A stretch of 39,081 nt of DNA from Octopus bimaculoides (Eukaryota), in NCBI RefSeq assembly GCF_001194135.2, contig NC_068988.1, forward strand, positions 96,284,458 to 96,323,538, written 5' to 3'. The notes beneath the pieces were generated by a model. The model saw only the letters and a list, made by a program, of their open reading frames with translations, had not been told where the DNA came from and ran no database searches. The position numbers were made by a program, and so were the translations under genes. Shown piece after piece: positions 10,995 through 23,270 of this stretch (position 1 is the first letter of the stretch; every line of letters begins with the position of its first letter).

Positions 10995-12476
10995 TTCGAC
11001 TCTTTCTTTCCAAAAAAGGTTTCTTAACCCAATTTTTACATGCCATTATAACTTTACGTGTGCTTCGAGATAAAATATTCCAAAAAAAGAAGTATTTCAC
11101 GTTCTCTCGAAAGTTTATAGAATTCTTATGACATCAAAAATATTAAAAAATATGTGTGTGTGTGTTTCCATAAGACCGATGTTTAACAATGAACCGTATC
11201 GCATTAAGTTGATACATAATCGTTTTGCCTCTTCAGATAATATTTCCAAATACGCCGATGCCACAAATTCTTTTCGATGACATAAAATAGACCATTTTAG
11301 GAATAAAAGTCCTTCCAATACAAACACACAGCGCCGGGTGCTTTTAACTTTCATTTTACACTAATGTTTATTATCCAGGCAGTGCCTCTCTCTCTCTCTC
11401 TCTTTCTCATTCTCTCTCTCTCCCCCTCTCTCTCGTTCTTCCCCTCCATTCCCTCTCTAGCTTCGTTCAATCGTTCACCCTCCTCCTCTTTGTGTTGCAT
11501 TAGAGTTAAAGAATGTACCAACGGTTAGAGAAACCAACGTCTCCTCAACTTCTCATTCATTAATTCCCCAATTAATATTTTGATTTTCGTCCAAGTATTT
11601 ATCTTTTTCTTCTTATTATTCTATGTCATATTTCTGCTCTCTTTCTTGTAAAAACCTTTTACAATTGTTTTCAAAGTCAACGCTATTCCCTTTAGGTTTC
11701 ATTTCTAATTAACTAGTGACACGCTTACATGATTCATCTTATTCCCTAAACCCCAAACGAACGTTTAAAAAGAAAATTATTCTTATTCATTGTCGCTTTT
11801 ATATGCGTTCCTCCAGCGTCGATGTGTTTATATCCGTTCTGTGTGTTGCGAAGTAGCAGACGGTATTGGTTCCGCGTACCCGTATTAGAACATAATTTAT
11901 GTTTGGTTTTGAACTGTGGAGAATTACTTCTAAATCACAACTTAGCTCAAACAACAACAAATGTATTCTTGCACTTGTTTCCCATTTTCACGGTGACCAT
12001 TCTAAGTAAATATCATTAGAAAAATAGATAAATAATGTTTTACATATTTTAATACAAGGCTACATGTTTGCTGGGTGGAGTGAGGAGCAACGAAGGGAAC
12101 AGTCGCTTATGTTACTGTCCTGGCCCCTTAACACATCTAGCAGAAACCTACAATGTATCGAGCAACGCAGAAAGATGAAATACATAGTTAGATTCTTGTA
12201 ATTTCATCTTAAAGAAACTAAAAGAACGGAATTAAATATTGTAAGGCATTTAGTACGGCGCTTTAATGCCGTACTAACAACATCATCCATGGTGCTTAGG
12301 TCCAGGTCAGCACTGGTAGTGTAGGCTGTTATTAAAGGTGTTCCAGCCTGTGACCGTCTCCACCCGTTTTTAAAACGGCTGCACGATATAATCTGAGGAA
12401 TATTTGACTATAATTTCTAGTAGGAAACTATGTAATGACCATTATTTATGCCTTCTATTTTTTCTTTGTTTTTTTT

Positions 12477-12504
12477 CTGATGAAGAACTAGCGTCCGAAA
12501 CGTC
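12477..12504 (+). ncRNA. Minimal hammerhead ribozyme core, probably the relic of a Penelope-like element end
   Basis: The sequence reads CTGATGA-A-GAAC(TAGC)GTCC-GAAA-CGTC. The catalytic core is complete, stem II has one mismatch, stem III is the palindrome ACGT and the cleavage triplet is GTC. Confidence 0.55.
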
Positions 12505-12889
12505 AATACTCTCTCACTTCTTTTTAAACTAGTGTAACCTTTGTTTAAAATTGTCCGTCCCATATTTTTTCTTTGCTCTTTGCTCAACATACACACAGAG
12601 ATACACATGCACACATCACAGGCACACACACATGTAGGCAGGAACGTATGTATATATGTATTTGAATATATATATTTGTACAAGAGTAAGCAATTTACAT
12701 CGACACAGGACTATTATTCATTCTCCGATGCAAACAGAATGAAGCTGTGTTGTGCGTGCAACTGTAGTGAAACAGTGGAGAAAGCGCAGTCACAACAAAA
12801 GTGAATCAGTCTGTTGTTTAATAATGCTTCATTCGGTCAAAGGTCATACAATAAATTAGTGAACATTTGCCTGTGTAGAGTCATTTTCG

Positions 12890-13480
12890 CATGTCATTAG
12901 CATTGATTATACAAAGAAGCTGCTTCTATGGACAGTGGCAGAATGTCGTGATGTGTATGGTGATGATCTTGATGATGATGGTGATGATGATGTTTACTGT
13001 TTGGCATGGAGGTGGAGGTGGAGTAGTAGAGGTGTTGGTGGTAGGTGGTGTTGGCGGCGTGTGCTACATAGAAAAGGGATTTGTGTGGAGCCGGTAGTGG
13101 TGGCGGTGGCTGTGGCATTGACTACAATGACTGTAATGTGTGATGATGATGATGATGATGATGCTGTTTGACATAGAAGTGGTGCTGGTGGTGGTGGTTA
13201 CAATAGTAGCGATTTCAGTATTAGTAGTAGTAGTGGTGGTGGTGATGGTGGTGGTGATTGCACCTTGTCTCTCATAGTATTGCTTGCATGGTAGTGAGGT
13301 TGTGTTGATGGTCGTGGTGGTGGTCATGGTAAGTAATAATGGCGGGGAGGTTATGATTGTGTTGCAGTAGTGTGGTAGTATTGGTGGTAGCGGTGGTGAT
13401 ACAATAAGTTTATATGGACGAAAACAAACCAACACTGGTTGTCAGGCGATGAGGTGGTGGTGATGGTGGTGGTGGTGGAA
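12890..13480. repeat. Compound imperfect trinucleotide low-complexity tract (GAT/GGT/AGT)
   Basis: Direct reading. This tract produces the His-, Thr- and Asp-rich ORFs in the ORF track. Confidence 0.9.
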
Positions 13481-13505
13481 CGAACACGAAGACACACATT
13501 TATAT

Positions 13506-13643
13506 ACGATAGGCTTTTACACAGTTTCTGTCAATTAAATTCTCTCACAAAGCAGGAGGTACTCACCCAAGATATCGCGCATTGGAATTGAACCCGGAAT
13601 CACGTGGTTCCAAAGCAAGCTTCTAAATCACCTAGTCATGCCT
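13506..13643 (-). mobile_element. SINE family B head, degenerate
   Basis: Collinear with 32880-33038 (ttgaacccggaatcacgtggtt...agcaagctt). Confidence 0.7.
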
Positions 13644-14862
13644 ATGCCTATAAATATACACACACACGTACACACGCACGCGCGCGCGCGCGTTTGTGTG
13701 TGCCAGCACACATATTTTGTTTCACTGACAACAGCAAAAGAAACTAACGGAAGTTCGAAAAAAAAAAAAAAAAAAGGAAAATAAAGACCAGAATTGCTGT
13801 TGCGATTGAGAACAAAAGCCGCCTGCTGTGAGTTGGCGAAATGGTAGAAGAACTTGTGAGACTATATCTGATTGTTGAGAATTTCACCTCGTCCGCCTAC
13901 ATTCGGATTTAGCTACTTCCGTGCTTCACTCGGCATTCATTCTCTCCAGTGACTGTAACATCAGCAATATAAGTAATTCAATTTATTTGATATCGACTTT
14001 AACAAAAATCTGCCTTGTGTTGAAATAAATAAATAAATAAATATAAGAATAAAAAGACTCTAAACCACAGAAGAAGTAAGCGGTACCAAAGGCATGAAAA
14101 GTGATACAAGACATCTCATTCATCTAAGCAAATGCAACTTTTTTTTTCCTGTATTAGAGAACGTACAACAAAGATGTGTTATTTAATGCATAACTTCCTT
14201 CATAGATATTAGTTTAAGAATATAGAAAGAAATTGCCGTTGCAGCCCCTTTGAAAATTAGAGGTTTTACCAATTTCTCAGTGATTTATTATTCCGGTTTA
14301 AAGCTATTTAAAATTTGGTGTTGACGGTTATTCGCTTCTGAAAGACCGAAAATGACTGGATGTGTTAAAAGAATCTGATAAGAGAAAAAAAAAATGTTGC
14401 AGTTTGTCATTTAAAAACATTTTTCTTTTAAATAGGAAAAAAATCTCTTGTTTACAGACTTTTTAATTTATAACAGAATCCTGCTGTAAACAAACAAATA
14501 AACAAAATCTTGCAAAGAAATTCTTTTCGTAATATTTGAGGCAATTGCAGCATTATATTTCTAAGAGCGCTGAAGCAAAGAACTGGTAATAAGTTGCTAA
14601 GCCGACAATAGATGTATCAGTAATAAAGTAGAATGTGAAGGTTTTGCAGCTGCGAATTTTGTGTCAAGGCTTGAACTAGATTTCAAGAAGTTTAAAAGAA
14701 ATGGTAGCAAGATGGAATTAGCAAAAATCAAATATTTATAGCTAACAGGGACAGAATTTTAGAGTCATTGGAAATAAATGTAAGTACACACACACACACA
14801 CAATACACTTTAATTGAAATAAAGTTTCCCCAAAATTAAACATATCTAATATAATAAATGTG

Positions 14863-15016
14863 AATATCAGTACGTAACTGGTACTAATTTTATCGACCTT
14901 GAAAAGATGAAAGGCAAAGTCGACCTCGGCAGAATTTGAACTCAGAACCTAACGGCAGACGAAATACCGCTAAGCATTTCGCCCAGGTGCTAACGATTCT
15001 GTCTGCTCGCTACCTT
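14863..15016 (-). mobile_element. SINE family A copy lacking its 3' end, within a 16-bp direct repeat
   Basis: The body matches 9190-9344. TAATATAATAAATGTG occurs at 14847-14862 and 15034-15049. Confidence 0.85.
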
Positions 15017-15079
15017 AATATAATATAATAATATAATATAATAAATGTGGTTGTTTTCGGTGATTTTTTTTACGTGACT

Positions 15080-15178
15080 TTTTGCGATGAATACGATCAT
15101 CATTGGGATACGACTCTGGAGGAAGCAATTGCAACAAATTCTCCAAAACAAGTCAGAGATCTGCTTCACATATAATTA
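15080..15178 (+). mobile_element. Helitron RepHel coding remnant
   Basis: Translates FCDEYDHHWDTTLEEAIATNSPKQVRDLLHI*L, matching the Helitron segment LLEDDxHWxxTLEEAxxxxSPxQIRxLFAILL that lies between the Rep and helicase domains. A weaker possible continuation lies near 15510-15650. Confidence 0.65.
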
Positions 15179-16204
15179 AACTCCAAAATAATTACAAAAT
15201 TCGTCTATCAAAGCAGAAAAACTCTCTCTCCCAAACCTTTCTCTCTACGCATATCATATAAACACATGCTTCTCCTAATCTCCTCTATTTCCCTATTCCA
15301 CACAACCACTTCCCCTGTCTATCCATACCGCATCTAATTCTCATTCACATTGCTTCACCAGCCAAAAGCACTTCTGTTTATGAATTTTCTCCTTTCTTGA
15401 AAAAGAAAGTAGCTATCAAGCCGCAATTAAAATTCAGTCCTATTGAAATTTTATAGCAAAATAATTTTGACTGTGTGTGACGAGCAAAAATCTCGTCAAT
15501 CCAATCCACAACGAGATCCTACAAGAGAGAACTGACCGAATGTGCAATAAAATTCATTTCGAAGTTTTGACGCCTGTGTCCAAAGCTTTCTCATCAATTC
15601 ACATATAATGTACATAAGACTTAGAATTTCAAACTATTTAATATTCTCCTATTTCTAAAAACATTTCGTTTGTTTTACATTACAATTTCTTTTTGTGAAA
15701 TACCAACCGGAAATACATGCCAGTTTGTCGAGATTGTATTAACAAACCAACAGGAGGAAAATTAGAATTAAAGATGGAAATAACACTAACGAAAAAATAA
15801 AATAAAATAAAATATATTGTACGATACAACACTGGAGAAAACTGTTGGCATTTTCTTCCTTCTTGGCTGGTGTTGAGGGAGTAAAAGGAGATTCAATGGC
15901 AACAATTTTAAATAACAAATAAACATAATTAAACAAAAAATGGTGTAATTAGCGAAATGTGAAATATGAAGCTAAAAGTGACAAAGGTTTCTTATATACG
16001 AACACAACTATGTATATTCATTTAAAATATCTCTTCTATTACTGAATTCCATTTCGTTGATAAATAAACACTTAAAGACTGTAACAAACATTTAGCATAA
16101 AGTAAAACTAACAGTCAAAAGGCTGAGACGGATCTTCTCCTTCGTCAAAATTATGATTCTATTCCTTGCTTGAGGCACGAGTTTTCAATTCAGTGGCTTT
16201 TAAA

Positions 16205-16270
16205 TCGTGGAATTCCGTCGGTTACGACGACGAGGGTTCCAGTTGATCCGATCAATGGAACAACCTGATC
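16205..16270 (-). mobile_element. Tail fragment of SINE family D
   Basis: tccgtcggttacgacgacgagggttccagttgatccgatcaatggaacaacctg matches 36200-36255. Confidence 0.75.
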
Positions 16271-16532
16271 GCAGATCGTCCCGATATGATTCGAGTACAC
16301 AGTGCAGAAGAGCTGCAAAATAGAGCGAAATATCAATATCCACCGTTCTCGATCACTTACGTTACACTTGGTTTATGATATTCGGCGTCTTAAAGGGACA
16401 TTTTCTTTGATGCTATTCTGTAGGTAAGGAGGGAAGCAGCGTGTAAGCAAAACACACTCAATAAGCGAGTGTGGTATCGATAATGTTTGCATTAGTAGAG
16501 CTGCTTATAATAAATTATATATATATATATAT

Positions 16533-16921
16533 NNNNNNNNNNNNNNNNNNNNNNNNNNNNNNNNNNNNNNNNNNNNNNNNNNNNNNNNNNNNNNNNNNNN
16601 NNNNNNNNNNNNNNNNNNNNNNNNNNNNNNNNNNNNNNNNNNNNNNNNNNNNNNNNNNNNNNNNNNNNNNNNNNNNNNNNNNNNNNNNNNNNNNNNNNNN
16701 NNNNNNNNNNNNNNNNNNNNNNNNNNNNNNNNNNNNNNNNNNNNNNNNNNNNNNNNNNNNNNNNNNNNNNNNNNNNNNNNNNNNNNNNNNNNNNNNNNNN
16801 NNNNNNNNNNNNNNNNNNNNNNNNNNNNNNNNNNNNNNNNNNNNNNNNNNNNNNNNNNNNNNNNNNNNNNNNNNNNNNNNNNNNNNNNNNNNNNNNNNNN
16901 NNNNNNNNNNNNNNNNNNNNN
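16533..16921. other. Assembly gap (others at 18167-18176, 23178-23238, 29733-30383, 32421-32811, 35864-36160 and 38390-38519)
   Basis: Runs of N; six of the seven abut microsatellite on at least one side. Confidence 0.99.
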
Positions 16922-16968
<47 letters not shown>

Positions 16969-17202
16969 ATATGTACATGTACATTTATAGACATACATAT
17001 TATATATATCTTTATGTATGTATATACTTACACACACACACACACACACACATTTATTATATACACACGTATGTATATAACTGCCGCCGCCGATTATGCA
17101 AGGCAGCAAGAAGTCATGGTCGTTGCCGTTGTGTTTGTTGTAATTGTTTCCTATGTTTGTGATGATGATGATGATACAGACGTAGTGATGAAGACGGTAT
17201 GT

Positions 17203-17236
<34 letters not shown>

Positions 17237-17534
17237 GTAATCAGCCAAATCAAAGATTTCAATCGCCTGTGATCATGGAGGGTGAACGATAATGAGCTGC
17301 GACAGATTGACATCGTCCTAGTATTGTCACTGAGTTTTTGTCAGCTGACAAAATGATTTCTTTCTCAGACCTGACCTTTCCTGACCTCATAATACTTGGG
17401 GGTTGTGGCGGCATGGAACTGACTGGGCCACAGGGGACACACAGACTTTTACACGGAGACGGTAAAAGGAAACAACAAGAATAACAAAAGCGAGTTGGAA
17501 TGAAGTGTACAAGTGGTGGAAAGGGCGGAAACGG

Positions 17535-17830
17535 TATTAGATTCTTTTCCCTTCCCCCCGTTTTTCTTCTTTACTTCTTCTTCCTTATTTTCTTTCGTCG
17601 TTTCTTTCTTCTTTCCATTCTCTTTCTTTCTCGTTTACCTTTTTCTTCCCTTCTTTCTTTCTCATTCGTTCCTTCTCGTCTTCGTTCCTCCTCCATTTCT
17701 TCAGTCTCCTTTTCTAATGTTTCCCTCTCTCTCAATTTCCTTTTGCTTCATTCTTTATTTCTTTCTTCATTTTTTTGTTTCGTTCTTTATTTCTTTCCGA
17801 TCTCTTTTTCTTTCTTCAATTCAATCCTTT
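17535..17830. repeat. CT/T-rich polypyrimidine low-complexity tract
   Basis: Direct reading. Confidence 0.85.
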
Positions 17831-18122
17831 ATTGAAATTGAAGAAATTGGAAATTGGCTTATTAGTCTGAGTATAAACTGACCGAAATAGGATAAAAATA
17901 AAGGCAGAACGCATTCTTCTATCATCATTTTGTATAAAATAGATATCATAAATGGAATTGAGTTTTTGGATTGGAATTAAGAAGAGAAAAAGGTGGGAGA
18001 TTCTTTGAGACCTGGAGGGCGGCGGTTCTATGCCACACAGACGTAAAAATGGATAACAAGGAACAAATATTTCTTATTCCAGCGGATGTTGTAGTACCTC
18101 CAGGGACACATAATTCAGGAGA

Positions 18123-18166
<44 letters not shown>

Positions 18167-18176
18167 NNNNNNNNNN

Positions 18177-18211
<35 letters not shown>

Positions 18212-18575
18212 TGTGGACGGAAGAAAGAGAGAGAGAAAGAGAGGGCGGGGAGACAATAACAGTTGGTAACTATCGACATCAAAGATGGAACCAAGAAGAA
18301 TTTAGCCTGGAAAACACCGAAATACTTGGAAGATGTGGTCAGAGGTTATTCTGCCCATTCCCTTTCCAAGAAGATGAAACACAGTTTAAACATTCGTTCA
18401 ACTGGAGAAATGCAGACGATACTTTACACACATACCCACTCACACACACACATACATTCAATCACACAAACACACACACAGTTATGTATTTATATATGTA
18501 TACAAGAAATTATTGGTTGTTGTAGTTTTAGCTTTGTGACATTTCAGCTGTTAACTAAAATATAAGACATACATT

Positions 18576-18701
18576 CGCGCGCGCGCGCACACACACACAC
18601 GCACACACACACACACGCACACAAACACAAACATACAGACATGCATGTATATATATATATATATATATATGTATACAAGATGTTAGTTATAGTATTTTTA
18701 A

Positions 18702-18795
<94 letters not shown>

Positions 18796-18800
18796 CACAC
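18576..18800. repeat. Compound (CG)n-(CA)n-(TA)n-(CA)n microsatellite
   Basis: Direct reading. Confidence 0.95.
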
Positions 18801-19410
18801 ATAAATGTGTATGTGTATTTGTATTTACGCACATTCCCATTTTGTCTTTGCACTTATGCTTATGAATGTTGACTTCATGTTCTTTTTACAATCCTGACAC
18901 AAACACAACGGCACATGTGCCACCACACACACATACATAAGCGCGCGCGCACACACACACATACACACCTACACATACTCCCATAAATATATGATCTGGA
19001 AAATGTACATTGAGACATTTATAGCCTAACGAAGTGTCTTGAACAAATTACCATCAGAGCGTATAAATATCGTTTTAGAATTGAGGAGTCTAAGTTCACT
19101 TTGTACTCATGTGTCGAATAATTTCTCTCCCTTGGGCTCGAGTTAAGAAAACGTTACAAAAGAACATAGTCCATTAGATTTTTACCTTCAAACACTACAA
19201 TTCAAATTAATCCCAAATGGATTAAGAGTTAATACGCACACACGCAAACACACACACACACGCACACACACACACATCTAAGATGGAATCTGAACTGTTT
19301 TGCAACAAGTCATGCATGAATGTAACCTAACAAATATGCTTGTTATGCAACATAGATTCAATAATATTGCGCGCGCAAACATACGTACATACATACATAC
19401 ATACACACAT

Positions 19411-19445
<35 letters not shown>

Positions 19446-19493
19446 TACATACATATATACATACACATGCATACATACATACATACAAGTTAA

Positions 19494-19800
19494 AACACAA
19501 CTGGCCAGATATTGTTGTTTGGGACCACAAAGGAAAATATATGTTCTTTTGTGGAAGGCAGCTGCTCTCTGGACACGAAGATTAGAAAAATAGAAGAGAA
19601 AGAGGACATCCATGGACCACTGAGAAAGAGTTTGAAAGTCCAGTAACCAAGATACACTTTCAGATTCATACCTATTATTATTGAAGCAATAGGATACTTA
19701 CCGACCAGTCTGGAGCAAACTGTGGCTGAACTTGGGATCGTGAGGAGAGAATGTAAATCTTTAATTCATACACTCACAAATGATCACCATATCTAGGACC
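19494..19800 (+). mobile_element. C-terminal restriction-like endonuclease region of an R4/Dong-type non-LTR retrotransposon, decayed
   Basis: Translates HNWPDIVVWDHKGK/VEGSCSLDTKIRKIEEKEDIHGPLRKSLKVQ*PRYTFRFIPIIIEAIGYLPTSLEQ. This matches the RLE pattern RPD...(D/E)VSCPxD...EKxxKY...PIxIGALG, with one frameshift and one stop. Confidence 0.8.
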
Positions 19801-19873
<73 letters not shown>

Positions 19874-21114
19874 ACATAAATGCATGATCTTACAATTTCT
19901 TTTATGCACAACGTAAATTTTCCCCAAATATTTTTCTCTCCTTTTTGTTTGCACAGACATTTACGTTTGATGTAACAAATAATGTTGAAATTCCAAGTGA
20001 TTCATTGCCGAGATTGAAATAAAAAAGGCGTTTTAAATGTTTTGTGTTGTTCGGGTTTCAAAATAGCAAAGGTTTTCATCTAAAACCTTATTATTTTAAC
20101 ATTGATATTGCATAGTATGTGATGGAATAACACTGATACTATATTAATAAAGATATCAGAAGCAGTGACTGGTAAACTGCAACGAAATTTAGAAATGTTA
20201 TTAAAATAAATGAACCTCGTTCATTGTTTCACACACACACACACACACACACACATTTGTCTGCGTGCGTATATAGTTTTATGGTTTTCGTATTGGAAAA
20301 GGTATCAAAACTATCAAGTGTTTTCTACTAAATGACACTGAAGTGATTGCAAACAATTATTTGGAAAACTTTTACTTCTGAGAGTCTTGAGAATGATTGT
20401 ATCACTCAACAACTTCTTCATAGAAGCTCTTATCTTGATGTTTCTCTAAGACAAACATCTTTCATTTAAAAAGAAAAAGAAAAAAATCGAATAAATTAAG
20501 GAATAAAAAAATAAGAGGATAAAGTAATTTAACGCATGTAGGATAACGATTAGGAAAAAAGAAAAATTTGCCTGGATTTAAGGTTTTCTTTTTGTTTAAA
20601 AATTAGCAACAAAATGAAAATGTATGAGAACGTTTGTCCAACGTTGTGTTTCATCACACGAGAACAACGTCTGACGATGAATGTATTTCTATTCGCCTGA
20701 CTTGACATTAAATACACGGAAAATAAACGTGATATAGCATGTAACAACATCTTGAGTAAATAAAGAAGTTCTTTTTTTATATTGTAGAGCAGAAATCAGA
20801 ATGCACAATGAGACAGAGAGAATGAAAACCTTGTAACATTTCTGCTTTTCACAAGTCCTTCTTTATTGATGCAGGTGAAGTGAAAAAGTTGATTCATCTC
20901 GCCATTGAATTTGCTCCTACAATTCGACAGCATTCACTAAAACTAGTTTCTTATAAGATGTAAGATACAATTATTTATATTTCTGTGGAATTCATTTTGT
21001 TTAAAAGCGCAAGAAACTTCGGTCAGTAAAAATATATCCAGTTTCAATTCGAACTATTCACAATTTAGGGTGGATAAAAACTTATCCGTATTCCAGACTT
21101 ACCTGAAACGAGTG

Positions 21115-22080
21115 TAAACGCAGACGAAATGCTGCTAAGCATTTTCCCCCGGTGTGCTGACGATTCTCTCTGCTAGCGTTCTTTTAATATTGGTTCAGGG
21201 GAGGGGCTAAGTCTATTTTATCGACCCGAAAGGATAAAAATGTAAAGTGGGCATCGGCGGAATTTGAACAGACGAAATACTGCTAAGCAATTTTCGCCGG
21301 CGTGCTAACCATTCTGCCTACTCACCGCCTTCAAAACGTGCAACGAATATTGAAAATTAGTGTAATTAAATAATTGTTTTTAACGTAGGCACAAGGTCAG
21401 AAACGGAAAGGGATTAGTCGAATGGGATTCGTCGAAAGGGATTAGTCGATTAAATCTACGAAATACTTTACTAATACTTTATCGATATCAAAAGAATGAT
21501 GGGCAAAATTGACCTCGGTTAGATTTGAACTCAGAACATAAAGATCCATAACAAATGCCACAAGACATTTTTACGACGCGTTAACAATTCTCATAATCCA
21601 TCGCCCTTAGTGTAACAGAATAATAAAGGCTTTTTTCGTCTGCCGCTACGTTCAGAGTTCAAATTCCGCCGAGGTCGACTTTGCCTTTCATCCTTTCGGA
21701 GTCGATAAATTAAGTACCAGTTGCGTGCTGGGGATCGAGCTAATCAACTGGACTCTTCCCCCAAAATTTCGGGCATTGTGCCTAGAAAAGAAAAAAAATA
21801 ATAATAAAGGCTTTTAATTTAGGGCAAAAGGTCAGTAGTTTTGAGGCAAGGAGGTTAATCGATTACATTGTCCTCAGTACATGACTGGTACTTTATTTTT
21901 ATCCACGTCGATAAGTCGAAAAATTCTTTGAGGAATTTGTTCAGGATTGTCCATACTATGAGTCCTAATCTCGCCGAGTTTAACTTTGTCTTTACTCTTT
22001 TCAAGATCGTTAAAGTACCAGTCACGTACCAGTACTAACCTCTTTCCCTTAAAATTGCTGTCCTTGTGCCTAAATCAGGG
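21115..22080. mobile_element. Nest of about six family A SINE copies in mixed orientation
   Basis: Approximate copies: 21115-21180(-), 21200-21335(-), 21385-21608(-), 21635-21800(+), 21820-21910(-) and 21955-22080(+). The 21635-21800 copy is 5'-truncated and flanked by ATAATAAAGGCTTTT at 21620-21634 and 21801-21815. Confidence 0.85.
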
Positions 22081-22619
22081 GCCATTAGAAAGGACAGAGA
22101 CAAGGCGGAAGCTGTAGAAAAAAATAACAGAAAATACCTTGCGATCTTTAGCTGCGTTCCTTTAAATTCTGAGTCCAACTTTTGTCGAGGGGAAGATTGT
22201 TTTTCATTTGTCGAGATGCGATAAAACAAAATATCTGGTACTGAGTCATGGTCAACGTAATTGAGTTGTCAAACCTCTTCTAGAAATGCGCCGCCATGTT
22301 AGAAGTTTATTTTAGTTTTACATTGGAACGGCTTTTTCCCCCCTCAATTACTCGAATCTTTCATCCGAGCACGTATTTTGGTGTAACAGACAGAAGGAGC
22401 ACATTTTCACTTTTCAACATGACTAATCACTTATAGGAGCAAACGAACTTATCTCTTTTCTTATTAAAAGATTTTTATCACAGCCAGAACACAAATACCT
22501 GTTTTATCTCTGACTTTCGTTTGTTTTCCCTTCGTAATTGATACACACACACACACACACACACACGCACTCACGCGTTCACATCTACACACACATGTTC
22601 ACTTTTCTGTCTACTTTTT

Positions 22620-22885
22620 TAGACAAAAGGCCCGAAAGACGACAATGGGGATTAATCGATCACATCAACCCCAATAGTTGACTGGTACTTTATTCATTTT
22701 TATACTTTAATTAAAACAGCTTCGATTGCTGTGAGATTTGAACTCAGAGCATAAGCAGGACAAATAAAACCAGGATTTTTGCCTAACTCCCACAATTCTA
22801 CCAATCAACTGCCTTTGTTTCTTTACTGCTTACAAGGGGCTAAACACAGAGGGGACAAACAAGGACAGACAAACGGATTAAGTAA
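22620..22885 (-). mobile_element. Degenerate family A SINE plus an alternative SINE tail fragment
   Basis: ttaatcgatcacatcaacccc...actggtact...gagatttgaactcagagc at 22620-22815, followed by caaggggctaaacacagaggggacaaacaaggacagacaaacggattaagt at 22830-22885. Confidence 0.65.
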
Positions 22886-23238
22886 ATAATAAAAATGTTG
22901 TCTTCGTTGCTGTTTGTATTGTTCCTACACCAGAATTGATACTTCCAGCGCCGTTCTTCTTTACGTTTTCCCCTCGCATAAATTGTAAATATTACTCTTT
23001 AAGCTTCTATGTCTAATTTGTTTTTTCATTGGTTGTAGTTTTTGAGACAATATTTTTTTGTTGCTTATTTGGCTCTATGAACTATAATTTTCGAAAGCAT
23101 AATTAAAAAAATATCTTTCAGAAAATATCACACACACATGTATAATATTATGCTATATATGTATCATATTTCATTTANNNNNNNNNNNNNNNNNNNNNNN
23201 NNNNNNNNNNNNNNNNNNNNNNNNNNNNNNNNNNNNNN

Positions 23239-23270
<32 letters not shown>

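Noticed and set aside
12250-12277. 10-bp inverted repeat TTAGTACGGC/GCCGTACTAA
   Set aside because: It is isolated and appears derived from a decayed SINE segment; there is no support for a function.
12891-13435. His-, Thr- and Asp-rich ORFs, tempting as the missing His-rich cyclin T tail
   Set aside because: They are translations of a trinucleotide low-complexity tract and lie upstream of the cyclin gene, so they cannot supply its C-terminus.
16471-17313. Long ORFs here and at 29455-30711, 32281-32968, 35823-36335 and 38296-38776
   Set aside because: They are open only because they cross N gaps and dinucleotide or tetranucleotide repeats.
19957-20022. Strong plus-strand acceptor followed by TFTFDVTNNVEIPSDSLPRLK* and AATAAA
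   Set aside because: It could be a terminal exon, but no upstream partner exon was identified.
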